DNA of 64,000 nt, taken from positions 1,472,001-1,536,000 of the forward strand of contig CP084166.1 of NCBI GenBank assembly GCA_021513695.1, read 5' to 3'. Both the position numbers and the translations under genes were made by a program. Numbering within the stretch: the first letter of the stretch is position 1; the number at the start of each line of letters is the position of its first letter. Shown here one piece after another: positions 9,562 through 18,650 of the stretch. The notes under the pieces were generated by a model. It was given only the letters and a program-made list of their open reading frames with translations. It made no database searches and had not been told where the DNA came from. This DNA comes from Candidatus Heimdallarchaeum aukensis (GTDB lineage: Archaea; Asgardarchaeota; Heimdallarchaeia; Heimdallarchaeales; Heimdallarchaeaceae).

Positions 9562-10845
9562 TTATTTATCAACAATACGTTCTTTACCCACTAATGGAAT
9601 TAGAAAGATAATTGGAATAAGACCTAAAATGTAAATTCCTCCAGTTACTAGGAAGTTTAATCGAAAATTATAAGGTTCAACATCACCAACTAGATATCCA
9701 CCAATAACAGCACTTACATTCCAAAATAGACCCCATGCAATTGCTTCAAGACTATTCCATTTCGCTCTATTCTTTTTGTTAACAACATCCATTAAAATTG
9801 ATCTTGAGAGCGGTTGTCCAGCGTTCATCAATGACCCCCTAGCGATGAAGATTGGTATTAAAATATATAAAGGAGGATATATTGCTATAACAAACAGACA
9901 TATAGTTGCAATTAATTGGAAAAGGAATAGTGCTTCTGCTCTCCCTTTTTTCAGTGAGTATTTTTGTGCTAATAAAGCTGATAAACCTGTAAAAATAGCT
10001 GTTAACCCCATTATAATTTGCACTGAAATAGGAGGAAGTTCATATTGTTTCAAGAAAAATATGGGAAAGAATTTTATAGTCATTCCTGCACCAAAACCGA
10101 TAATAACATTACTTGCTACAAGTAAAATAGGAATTAACTTAATTGCTTTTTCAGCTGATAGAGGTAATCCAACTCCGTTTCTCTTTACCTCTTTTTGGGT
10201 TAATTCTTCAGGTATTGATTCACTTTCTTTGCCTAAACTTTTCTTATCACTGAAAAGGAATAATAGAATTATTGACAATGCAGAAAAACTCATTCCCAGT
10301 ATCATAACATTCTTCAAAATCGATAGTTCCCACTCGTTTCCGAATATTAAAAACAAGAAAACATTGAAAAATGGTCCTATTGCAGATGAAATTTGTCTTG
10401 CTAAATGTAACCAAGAATAAATTTTGGTTCTAGTTCCTGATTCTAGTGAATCAGCTATTAAAGCTTCTAAAGAAGGCCTAGTTAATGCTTGATACAAACC
10501 CCATAAAGAAAGTGCAACAAAAACATATATGATATTATTTCCAATTATAATAAGTAGTAGACCAATTAAACCAGCTAAGGCTGCAGATTTAAGCAAAATA
10601 TCTCTTCTAAAACGATCTGCTAAAAATCCAGAAGGAAAAACAAAAATTGTCATAGTGATTCCTGTTGCAGCAGATGTCCAGCCCAACAATTTATTAGACT
10701 CTGAAGTAAGAAAGAATATGTAGGCTGATAGAACATTTGACATCCATATTCCACGACCGAAACTTTGTAGAATACTATATCCAAATGCAAGCTTGATATT
10801 CGGATTCATTTTTCGAACTATTTCTGAGAAAGTCATTGATACCAC
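9562..10845 (-). CDS. MFS-type transporter
   Basis: 427 aa with about 12 hydrophobic spans. The 'GFLADRFRRD' loop after TM2 resembles the MFS signature G-x-L-a-D-r-x-G-r-k/r. Confidence 0.7.
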   Translation of the reverse strand: MVSMTFSEIVRKMNPNIKLAFGYSILQSFGRGIWMSNVLSAYIFFLTSESNKLLGWTSAATGITMTIFVFPSGFLADRFRRDILLKSAALAGLIGLLLIIIGNNIIYVFVALSLWGLYQALTRPSLEALIADSLESGTRTKIYSWLHLARQISSAIGPFFNVFLFLIFGNEWELSILKNVMILGMSFSALSIILLFLFSDKKSLGKESESIPEELTQKEVKRNGVGLPLSAEKAIKLIPILLVASNVIIGFGAGMTIKFFPIFFLKQYELPPISVQIIMGLTAIFTGLSALLAQKYSLKKGRAEALFLFQLIATICLFVIAIYPPLYILIPIFIARGSLMNAGQPLSRSILMDVVNKKNRAKWNSLEAIAWGLFWNVSAVIGGYLVGDVEPYNFRLNFLVTGGIYILGLIPIIFLIPLVGKERIVDK

Positions 10846-10919
10846 AGTTTTCTATTTCGTCAGCTATTGTTAAATAAAATCTTTTAACTCTTTTAAAAAT
10901 TAATCGAAACGAACAAAAA

Positions 10920-12587
10920 TCATTTGTGAGAAAAAATCACATTAACTTCAGGTTCTTTAGAATCGATTCGTCCATAACCGACCCGCTCAAGTTGAATAAT
11001 CTCTCCAACAGGATAGTTCTGAATAGTTGGCTCTGCATAACCTTTGACAGTGATTAGTTTCTTTCCTTCAGGAATTATAAGATTCATCTTAACAAAGTCT
11101 GATGGCACCCATTGAATTACCTCTGTTCCTTTTTCAAACACTTCTGTTAGGAATTTTGCTTTATATTCTTCTCCTTCTTTTTTAATTTCTATTGTATAAA
11201 GATCCTTTAGACGCAACTTACCTTCATGTAAATCATCTTTAGCTAACCATATAACTCCATTAGTCTTTATTTTTCTTTTACCTAGTTTCTCATTTTTTGG
11301 ATGAACAGGAATTTCTGCTTCCTTCTCAGGAGCTCCTTCAACTATCAATTTTATGGGGTCAGCAACAAAAAAACAACGTTTTGCGATTGGATCAATAAGT
11401 TTCTTATTAGTTCCTGAAATATGTTTATAATCCAAATTAGTCTCAGCAAGAGAAATACCCACATTAATTGCTAATAATTTAAACGTTTCAGGATTTATAC
11501 CTCTTCTAAGTAACGCACGAATAGTCATTAGACGAGGATCATCCCAAGTAGTATTTTCTTCCTGAATTAATTTTCTTATTTCTCTACCAGAAGTTAATCC
11601 TCCAATGATATTTACTCTGCTGTAGTGAATAATTTCAGGGTTTTTTATGCCTAAAAGACTTCTAATATGATTTTGTAAAGGAGTTCGTTGAAGAAATTCT
11701 GCTCCTCGCAAAACATGTGTAACATTTAACCCATCTTCTATTGCAACTGCAAAGTCGTAAGAAGGCCAAACTCTATATTTTCTCCCTTGTAATGGGTGTT
11801 CTGCATCTATTATTCTAAAAATGGTAGGGTCTCGAAGGAGTGGATCTTTGTCTTTCATATTTCCTTTTAATCGAATAATAAATTCTCCCTCTTTTACATC
11901 GGCATGCATCGCCTTCCAAATCGAGAGATTTTCCTCTGTGCTTCTATTTCTACAAGAACATTCTTTTTCATTCCTACGTTTCTTACTTATCTCTTCTTTA
12001 CTGCATGAACAAGCATAAGCTAAATTTTCTTTAATTAGTTGCTCTCCATAGGAATAGTATTGTTCCATGTTATTTGACTCGATTATCTCTTGATCGTAAT
12101 GAATGTTGATTGCTTTCAAATCTTCTCTTATCGCATCATAATACTCTTTTTTTGGTATCTGAGGGTTGGTATCTTCAAAACGAAGAATCAATTTCCCTTT
12201 ATACTTTTGAGTGTAAAGATAGTTAATATAAAATCCAATAGCATGACCAACATGTAAATATTTACCAGGTTCTGGTGGAAGACGAGCTACAAATTTACCT
12301 TCCACAGCATTGGGTAAATCTTTCAGACTTTTTTTTCTCTTTTCTTTTTTCTCTAATAATTCAGGAGCTAAATCACGTAATTGATTTATCTGCTCTTCCA
12401 AAGTTAAAGAGTTAATTTCTGAAACAAGAGCATTAACTTTCTCAACAACTTCTTTGATATTTTTTTTAGCTTCAGGAAAAGCCCCCAAGATCTTGGGAAT
12501 GACAGATTTAGCGCTAGCTTTTCCTTTATAATCAATTGCGTTTTTAAGTACGATTTTACGAATCTCGGTATCCATTTGAATCAACAT
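10920..12587 (-). CDS. gltX: Glutamyl-tRNA synthetase (archaeal/eukaryotic-type GluRS) with an N-terminal GatB/YqeY-like appended domain
   Basis: Class I core: 'ARLPPEPGKYLHVGHA' (HIGH), 'KLILRFEDTNP' (GlxRS signature), and a C-terminal anticodon-binding beta-barrel region. The first ~95 aa ('IRKIVLKNAIDYKGKASAKSVIPKILGAFPEAKKN...') look like a YqeY/GatB-tail helical domain. Confidence 0.85.
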   Translation of the reverse strand: MLIQMDTEIRKIVLKNAIDYKGKASAKSVIPKILGAFPEAKKNIKEVVEKVNALVSEINSLTLEEQINQLRDLAPELLEKKEKRKKSLKDLPNAVEGKFVARLPPEPGKYLHVGHAIGFYINYLYTQKYKGKLILRFEDTNPQIPKKEYYDAIREDLKAINIHYDQEIIESNNMEQYYSYGEQLIKENLAYACSCSKEEISKKRRNEKECSCRNRSTEENLSIWKAMHADVKEGEFIIRLKGNMKDKDPLLRDPTIFRIIDAEHPLQGRKYRVWPSYDFAVAIEDGLNVTHVLRGAEFLQRTPLQNHIRSLLGIKNPEIIHYSRVNIIGGLTSGREIRKLIQEENTTWDDPRLMTIRALLRRGINPETFKLLAINVGISLAETNLDYKHISGTNKKLIDPIAKRCFFVADPIKLIVEGAPEKEAEIPVHPKNEKLGKRKIKTNGVIWLAKDDLHEGKLRLKDLYTIEIKKEGEEYKAKFLTEVFEKGTEVIQWVPSDFVKMNLIIPEGKKLITVKGYAEPTIQNYPVGEIIQLERVGYGRIDSKEPEVNVIFSHK

Positions 12588-13067
12588 TATTACAAAACTT
12601 ATATGAACATAGATTTGAAGAGGGTTTTTAAAATTCTTGATAACATATTTTTTGAAAATAAAGAGATAATAACAAAGATTTTAGAAAAAGAAAAGTTGTA
12701 AAAAATCAAACTTTGCAAATATTTATCGATTTATATGAAGATATTTATCTATAATATTTTCAATAGCTTTTTCCATTTTTCCTTTTCCATTTCTCTCATT
12801 TCTTCTTCTTATTTTCTTTTTCTTTAATTTCAGTTTGCTTCTGCAATTTTTGAAACACCCTTTTTTCTCCTTCTGAAAATGTTAATAACCCACACCTTCC
12901 TATATGCTCTACATTATGAGAATAATATGCAGAAAATTGTATTATGATAAAGCAAAAAAGTCATTTCAACATTTTGCAAAAGGTGTAGAATATGTTCATT
13001 AAAACAGCTAAAAAAACATAATAATTTGTTCACATGTTTTATTAATTGACTCATCTACTAGTAATCA

Positions 13068-13625
13068 ATGACTGACAATAACCAAATAACAACAGAAAAA
13101 AAACAGTTTGTTCCTCGTGAAGGATCTATAGAGTATAAAATGCTTTTTGGAACACCAAAAGAACAGAAAAAAATGACTGCAAAGTTTAAATTTGCCAACA
13201 AGTTTTTTACTATTCCTCTATACAAAATTGGGATATTACCACTGTTTGGTGCAGGACAAATTTTTCTTTTACTATACACTAAAGGTCGGAAAACAGGTAA
13301 GATCAGAACTACTCCTCTTGAATATCGAAAAATGGATGGAAAAATGTATATTTTTGCTAGTAGGGGAAACAAGACAAACTGGTTAAGAAATCTAAAAACT
13401 AATCCGGATGATGTGCGAGTAAAGATTGGATTCAAAAAATTTGCTGTAGAGCCAAGAATTCTATCTGTTGAAGAAAGAGCAAAAGTGTTTTATCAATATG
13501 TAAAGAATTACCCAACTGCTTCAAAGGCCTTAATGGGATGGAATCCGAAGGAAGATAAGCTGGAAGAAACAGATTTTTCGTTTATTGCGGAACACATTCC
13601 AGTTGTACAGTTAATTAAAAAATAG
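13068..13625 (+). CDS. Deazaflavin(F420)-dependent nitroreductase-family protein (DUF385/PF04075-like, split-barrel)
   Basis: 'LLLYTKGRKTGKIRTTPLEYRKMDGKMYIFASRGNKTNWLRNLKTNPDDVRVKIG' matches the family consensus 'LLtTtGRKSGkpRttPl.y..dGd.yvvvaS.GG...P.WyrNL.AnP.v.v..g'. Confidence 0.55.
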   Translation: MTDNNQITTEKKQFVPREGSIEYKMLFGTPKEQKKMTAKFKFANKFFTIPLYKIGILPLFGAGQIFLLLYTKGRKTGKIRTTPLEYRKMDGKMYIFASRGNKTNWLRNLKTNPDDVRVKIGFKKFAVEPRILSVEERAKVFYQYVKNYPTASKALMGWNPKEDKLEETDFSFIAEHIPVVQLIKK

Positions 13626-13750
13626 GTTCTAAACTTTTTTTCTGTTATAGAAGATAAGGAAAATAAAATTATTCAATCATAAGGAGGAGTATTTGATCGT
13701 TTATCCATACTTATAGACTAATATAGTCTTTTACCGATTTTATAATGTTT

Positions 13751-13784
13751 CCGAATTATTGTAAAAGTTAAGTGGTGAAAGGAC
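13751..13784 (+). promoter_or_regulatory. Promoter-like conserved motif, copy A (TATA-like TTATAAT plus 27 bp conserved downstream box), about 12 bp upstream of the 13796 gene
   Basis: 'TTATAATgtTTCCGAATTATtGTAAAAgTTaaGT' shares 29/34 positions with copy B at 16405-16438. YTTAWA-type archaeal TATA element; spacing to the 13796 start is consistent with a leaderless or short-leader mRNA. Confidence 0.4.
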
Positions 13785-13795
13785 GAAAATGATAG

Positions 13796-14305
13796 ATGAT
13801 GCTTATGAAACTCAGTGAATATACGTACAATGGGTATGATTATAAAGTAAAATATAGACATCTTGACGACATTTATTATTATAATAACTTTGATGTTGAG
13901 GATACTTGGGATGCTTATGGATATGATCAATATACTGATACTAACCTGGTTTGGCATCATTATACCCCTAGCGAAATAAATGATTTAGAACACGACGTAA
14001 AGGTTCGAAAAATTGCTAATATGATAGCAATTGGTGCTTTGGGCATAATCTTAGCAGCCTTATTAGCCCCTGCTTTTCCTATTTCTGCTGTACTCGTTAC
14101 CATTGGGTTCAGTATACTCGAGGTTCTCATCTCAGAACGATATGACCAATTAGAAGAATTTGTAGAAAATATTAAAGCAGAGAGAGGTGATGGATGGAGC
14201 GTGTATAAAATTAGGGGAGATGACGCCTATTTTGTACCAGGTAAAGAATTCTGGAAAAATCCAATAAATTCCCCAAAATTCATTAAATGTGCAAATATTG
14301 AGTAA
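13796..14305 (+). CDS. Hypothetical membrane protein (169 aa; Tyr/Asp-rich N-terminus, one or two TM helices)
   Basis: Clean ORF with a hydrophobic core 'IAIGALGIILAALLAPAFPISAVLVTIGFSILEVLI'. Lies immediately downstream of promoter motif A and 54 bp upstream of the PQQ-repeat gene. Confidence 0.35.
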   Translation: MMLMKLSEYTYNGYDYKVKYRHLDDIYYYNNFDVEDTWDAYGYDQYTDTNLVWHHYTPSEINDLEHDVKVRKIANMIAIGALGIILAALLAPAFPISAVLVTIGFSILEVLISERYDQLEEFVENIKAERGDGWSVYKIRGDDAYFVPGKEFWKNPINSPKFIKCANIE

Positions 14306-14358
14306 CCATAATTTTTTATCTTTTTCACTTAAAGAAATAAATTGTGTGAGAATAACTC

Positions 14359-16347
14359 ATGAAGTCAATAATTAAAAAAACCAGTATATATATTAAAAAA
14401 TTGTTTCAAACAATTGATGTCCCTCAAGGTAAAATAAGAGGTCTTAAGAAACCTATACTTAACAAATGGTACCATCACTTAATGAGAGTAATTATTATTT
14501 ATTTGATAGCAGCTATTGTGGTCTTTCCTGTTTACTATGGAATAAAAAATGTTGATAATTACCAATATGATAAAAATAGAACATCACCACCAAAATTGAT
14601 ATATTCTTTGGATTTAACAGATTATGCAAATGTACCAAAATATGAATGGTTTAGTGGGGATATTATTTTGCAATTTGACTGCGATAATGACTCTATTAAT
14701 GAGATTATAACTTCGATCATGGCAACTAGCAAAGATGGAAGAAAAAAAGAAACAATTGTGCTCGCATTAGATCCGCTAGAAGGTTCTATTCTTTGGACTT
14801 TCAAAACAAAAACACAAGTGTATCCACCATCTATATTAGATAGTAATAGGGATGGTATTCCAGAACTCATAATTAACTATAGTGAAAATGGGCTAAACGA
14901 AGGATTATGTGCATTAAATGTAAATAATGGTTCAATTCTGTGGAAAAAATATTATGTATCACATTTCAGGTATTATTACATTCTGACAGATATAGAAGGA
15001 GATGGAAAGTATGAGATTGTTTTGACCAGTACAGATTATGGCCATATTAGAATTTATAACGCGTCTAATGGCGATTTTTTATGGTCTTCAAACGAGATTA
15101 TAGAAAATACAATTTATGGTCATATCTTTAGCAATCCTCCAGCTATAGCTGATGTGGATAACGATGGTATAAAGGAAATAATTGCCGTTTCAAATTTTAA
15201 TACCATTTACGCGTTGAATAGTCTTTCAAACTCGATTCTCTGGGAGTTTAATGCAACGTTTTGGACTGTTTATCCTCCAATTGTTGGTGATTTAAATAAT
15301 GACAACAAATCAGAAGTAATTTTTGGATCTTATGATGGATTTGTTTATGTTCTAGATGGAATAAGTGGGTCACTTATTTGGAAATATAATACAAAATCAC
15401 GATTTGGAATAGTGATGAGTCCTTCACTTGGAGACATTAACAGTGATGGAATAATTGATATTATAGTGAGCGACTCCGATAATGTTATTCATGCAATAGA
15501 TGGAAATTCAGGAAGCCGTTTATGGTGTTTTTATGTTGAAAATATATACTCCTCACCCACGATAGGAGACTTCGATGGGGATAAAAGATTAGATGTGGTG
15601 ATAAAAACAGAAGAAAAAATTCATGCAATAAAAGGAAATAATGGTAAATTATTATGGTCAATTCCACTAGATGCTTATTTAATCAGCGCATCAGTACCTA
15701 TTTTTATAGTAGACGTGGACGAGAAGAAAGACATGGAAATAGTCACTTTAGAAGATAAAAAATCGACAAATGATACTTTTCTTAACATTTATGACTTTGA
15801 ATCTGAAAAATACATTCATTCATATTGGAATCCTTTTGGAGGGAATACAGGAAGAACAAACAGCTTGGTGGAAGTAGATAGAGATAATGATGGTTTATCC
15901 AATAAATACGAAAAATATATTGGAACAAAGTATAATGAAAAAGATACAGACAAAGATAAACTACCAGACTGGTACGAGCACATATGGACAAAAACTGACC
16001 CAACAATAGAAGATACAGATAAAAATGGAATCACAGACAAAGAAGAAGACCTAGATGGAGACAAACTGACAAACTATGAAGAACTAAAAAAAGGAACAAA
16101 CCCACTAAAAAAAGATACAGACAAAGATCTAATAAAAGACAATAGAGACCCAAATCCACTATACCCAGAAGAATGGATATTTTATAGTGCCTCTCTTATA
16201 ATTTTCAGCTTCATTACAGTAAAGATTATTTTACGTAAAAAAAGAAAAAGAAAAGGAAATACTACTCCGTATTTTGTTTGCAAATATTGTGGTCATTCTT
16301 CAAAAGAGGAAGATATTAGATACTGCCCAGAATGTGGAAAAAAGTAA
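14359..16347 (+). CDS. Type-II membrane protein: PQQ-like beta-propeller repeats, then thrombospondin-type-3 (D-x-D-x-D) Ca-binding repeats, a C-terminal TM helix and a cytoplasmic zinc ribbon
   Basis: N-terminal signal anchor 'VIIIYLIAAIVVFPVYY'. At least 7 repeats of the PQQ/BamB pattern (e.g. 'SILWTFKT', 'SILWKKYY', 'DFLWSS', 'SILWEFN', 'SLIWKYN', 'SRLWCF', 'KLLWSIPL'), interspersed with 'D.DGD/DINSDG' loops. TSP3-like 'DTDKDKLPDW..DTDKNGITDKEEDLDGDKLTNYEE..DTDKD'. TM 'IFYSASLIIFSFITVKII' and C-terminal 'CKYCGHSSKEEDIRYCPECG'. Confidence 0.6.
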   Translation: MKSIIKKTSIYIKKLFQTIDVPQGKIRGLKKPILNKWYHHLMRVIIIYLIAAIVVFPVYYGIKNVDNYQYDKNRTSPPKLIYSLDLTDYANVPKYEWFSGDIILQFDCDNDSINEIITSIMATSKDGRKKETIVLALDPLEGSILWTFKTKTQVYPPSILDSNRDGIPELIINYSENGLNEGLCALNVNNGSILWKKYYVSHFRYYYILTDIEGDGKYEIVLTSTDYGHIRIYNASNGDFLWSSNEIIENTIYGHIFSNPPAIADVDNDGIKEIIAVSNFNTIYALNSLSNSILWEFNATFWTVYPPIVGDLNNDNKSEVIFGSYDGFVYVLDGISGSLIWKYNTKSRFGIVMSPSLGDINSDGIIDIIVSDSDNVIHAIDGNSGSRLWCFYVENIYSSPTIGDFDGDKRLDVVIKTEEKIHAIKGNNGKLLWSIPLDAYLISASVPIFIVDVDEKKDMEIVTLEDKKSTNDTFLNIYDFESEKYIHSYWNPFGGNTGRTNSLVEVDRDNDGLSNKYEKYIGTKYNEKDTDKDKLPDWYEHIWTKTDPTIEDTDKNGITDKEEDLDGDKLTNYEELKKGTNPLKKDTDKDLIKDNRDPNPLYPEEWIFYSASLIIFSFITVKIILRKKRKRKGNTTPYFVCKYCGHSSKEEDIRYCPECGKK

Positions 16348-16404
16348 CTAACAGCTTCTTAAAAAAAAGCAAGCCTAAACGTTTTTTTCCTTGATTTTTT
16401 ATCC

Positions 16405-16438
16405 TTATAATACTTCCGAATTATCGTAAAATTTATGT
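16405..16438 (+). promoter_or_regulatory. Promoter-like conserved motif, copy B (same 34 bp box as 13751-13784), 58 bp after the PQQ gene stop and 310 bp upstream of AOR
   Basis: 'TTATAATacTTCCGAATTATcGTAAAAtTTatGT'. See copy A; 29/34 identical. Confidence 0.4.
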
Positions 16439-16715
16439 TTGTGGCAGATTTGATTTATTCGGTAATGAGAGTATTACTATTCTCTATCCTCCTCTTTTTA
16501 TTCTGAGCATTTATGTGGTCCAACTCTTTTCTTGGTTCTTTTTGCCTTCTCTTTTTTCTCCCTTCCTTCTTTTTTTGTTCTTGTTTATACTTTCGTTAGG
16601 ACTAAGAACCCGAAGCGTCCTTAATTTCTTTTCCTCTCTTCTTTTATTACTATTTTATTGGGAATACATTCTTTCTCAAGAAAAGAAAATAAAGACTTTG
16701 ACATCTTGAGATAAA

Positions 16716-16722
16716 TTTATAT
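16716..16722 (+). promoter_or_regulatory. Putative TATA box for the AOR gene
   Basis: 'TTTATAT' lies 27 nt upstream of the TTG start at 16749. This spacing is typical of an archaeal TATA-TSS arrangement with a very short or absent leader. Confidence 0.3.
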
Positions 16723-16748
16723 CTCTAGTATGCTTCATTTTTTATACC

Positions 16749-18650
16749 TTGAACAAAAGTAAATTCCCCTACAAAGGATATTGTGGAAAAATAATAGAAG
16801 TGGATTTAACAGAAGAAAAAGTAGAAACAAAAGATCTTGAGGTAGAAGTAGCTGAACAGTACATAGGAGGAAGAGGGCTAGCTATCCGCTATCTAATTAA
16901 AAATCTCAAACCAAAAATTGACCCCCTGGGAGAAGAAAATATACTGGTAATAAGCACGGGGCCGCTAACAGGCACTCTAGCTCCTTCTTCAGCAAGATAT
17001 ACAATAGCAACAAAATCTCCACTCACGGGAGTAATAGGCTACGCTAACTCGGGAGGACATTTTGCCCCAGAGTTAAAATACGCAGGCTATGACGCCATAA
17101 TAATAAAAGGAAAAGCGAAAAGTCCAAAATATTTGCTTATTCAAGATGAGAAAGTAAGTATAGAAGATGCTTCCCACTTATGGGGAAAGGATACTTGGGA
17201 AACAGATAAAATACTGAAAAGTGAGTATGAATCTTCTAATTTACAGATTCTGTCTATTGGTCAAGCTGGAGAGAATAAGGTCTTATATGCTGCAATAATG
17301 AATAATTTGTCTAGAGCTGCAGCTAGGACTGGTGTTGGAGCTGTTATGGGGTCAAAAAATCTCAAGGCCATTGCTGTTTCTGGTTCAGGATTTGTCGAGG
17401 TACATAACCCTGAGGAATTTATTGAATTTACTAATAAAACATTAGAAAAGATATATGATGACCCTGCTTATCCAAGTTTATCGGATTATGGGACAAGTTT
17501 TTTAGTTGATTTAGCCTATTTAGGAGGAGGATTAGCTACAAACAACAACCAGTTTGGTGTATTTGATGGTTATGATGGTATTTCAGCAGAAACATTTTAT
17601 GAAAAATATAAGGTGAAATCAGATAGTTGTTTTGCATGCCCGATACATTGTGGGAAGTATTCAAAAGTGGAAGAAGGAAAATATGCAGGCATTGAAGGTG
17701 GAAGTCCAGAATATGAATCAATTGTTTGTTTAGGGTCAAAATGTGGCATAGGAGATTTAGCTACAATAATCTATGCTAATGATCTATGTAATAGATATGG
17801 GTTAGACACAATATCATTGGGTGACACAGTTGCTTTTGCTATGGAAGCGTATGAAAAAGGAGTTCTAAAAAAAGAAGATACAGATGGAATTGATTTAACA
17901 TGGGGAAACCAAGATGCACTAATTGAGCTAATCCATAAAATAGCTAGAAGAGAGGGATTTGGAGATCTATTAGCAGATGGAACAAAAATAGCTTCAGAAA
18001 AAATCAATAAGGGATCAGAAGAATATGCATTACATGTTAAAGGTATGGAACCACCAGCATATGATGTAAGAACAGCGAAAGCTTTTGGTTTAGGTTGGGC
18101 TACAGCTAACAGAGGAGCAGACCATTTATCTGCATTACCTAATTTCGAATTGTTAGGTTATCCAAAAGAGAAAGGTGTAGAGTGGTTTGGTTCAGAAAAA
18201 GCAGTAGACCCTTATGCTTGGGAAAGTAAAGCAAGAATGACAGTTTGGCATGAAAATTTTGGCGCTGTAGTAGATTCCGCAGAGATGTGTAAATATACTT
18301 GTTTTTCAGCTTATGCAGTAAAACCAGACGATATGACCAAGTTTTTGTCTTATGCAACAGGAATGGAACTTAGCGAAGAAAAAGTAATGGAGATTGGAGA
18401 GAGAATTTACAATCTAGAAAGATTGTTCAATGAAAGAGAAGGAAAAGCTAAAGATTCTGATTATTTACCTAAAAGATTTACAGAAGAACCTTTGCCCAGT
18501 GGCCCAGCTAAAGGACAAGTAGTAGAACTGGATAAAATGTTAAAAGAATACTATGAAATAAGAGGATGGGTTAACGGTGCTCCAAAAAAGGAAAAACTGA
18601 AAGAACTGGGAATAGAACAATTTGCAACAAAAAAGGAGGAGGAAAAATGA
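16749..18650 (+). CDS. aor: Aldehyde:ferredoxin oxidoreductase (tungsten-containing AOR family)
   Basis: 633 aa. N-terminal 'YCGKIIEVDLTEEKVET..YIGGRGLAIRYL', 'GPLTGT', the Fe-S ligand region 'CFACPIHCG', 'ATANRGADH' and C-terminal 'YYEIRGW' match the AOR family throughout. The only available start is TTG at 16749 (an in-frame stop lies at 16707). Confidence 0.9.
   Translation: MNKSKFPYKGYCGKIIEVDLTEEKVETKDLEVEVAEQYIGGRGLAIRYLIKNLKPKIDPLGEENILVISTGPLTGTLAPSSARYTIATKSPLTGVIGYANSGGHFAPELKYAGYDAIIIKGKAKSPKYLLIQDEKVSIEDASHLWGKDTWETDKILKSEYESSNLQILSIGQAGENKVLYAAIMNNLSRAAARTGVGAVMGSKNLKAIAVSGSGFVEVHNPEEFIEFTNKTLEKIYDDPAYPSLSDYGTSFLVDLAYLGGGLATNNNQFGVFDGYDGISAETFYEKYKVKSDSCFACPIHCGKYSKVEEGKYAGIEGGSPEYESIVCLGSKCGIGDLATIIYANDLCNRYGLDTISLGDTVAFAMEAYEKGVLKKEDTDGIDLTWGNQDALIELIHKIARREGFGDLLADGTKIASEKINKGSEEYALHVKGMEPPAYDVRTAKAFGLGWATANRGADHLSALPNFELLGYPKEKGVEWFGSEKAVDPYAWESKARMTVWHENFGAVVDSAEMCKYTCFSAYAVKPDDMTKFLSYATGMELSEEKVMEIGERIYNLERLFNEREGKAKDSDYLPKRFTEEPLPSGPAKGQVVELDKMLKEYYEIRGWVNGAPKKEKLKELGIEQFATKKEEEK

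Noticed and set aside
9776-10723. Plus-strand ORFs (214 aa and 64 aa) inside the MFS transporter gene
   Set aside because: Antisense to a convincing 12-TM transporter; composition mirrors the hydrophobic codons of the sense strand.
16515-16709. 64-aa ORF in the AOR upstream region
   Set aside because: Translation of a polypyrimidine tract (poly-Leu/Phe/Ser); no coding signal.
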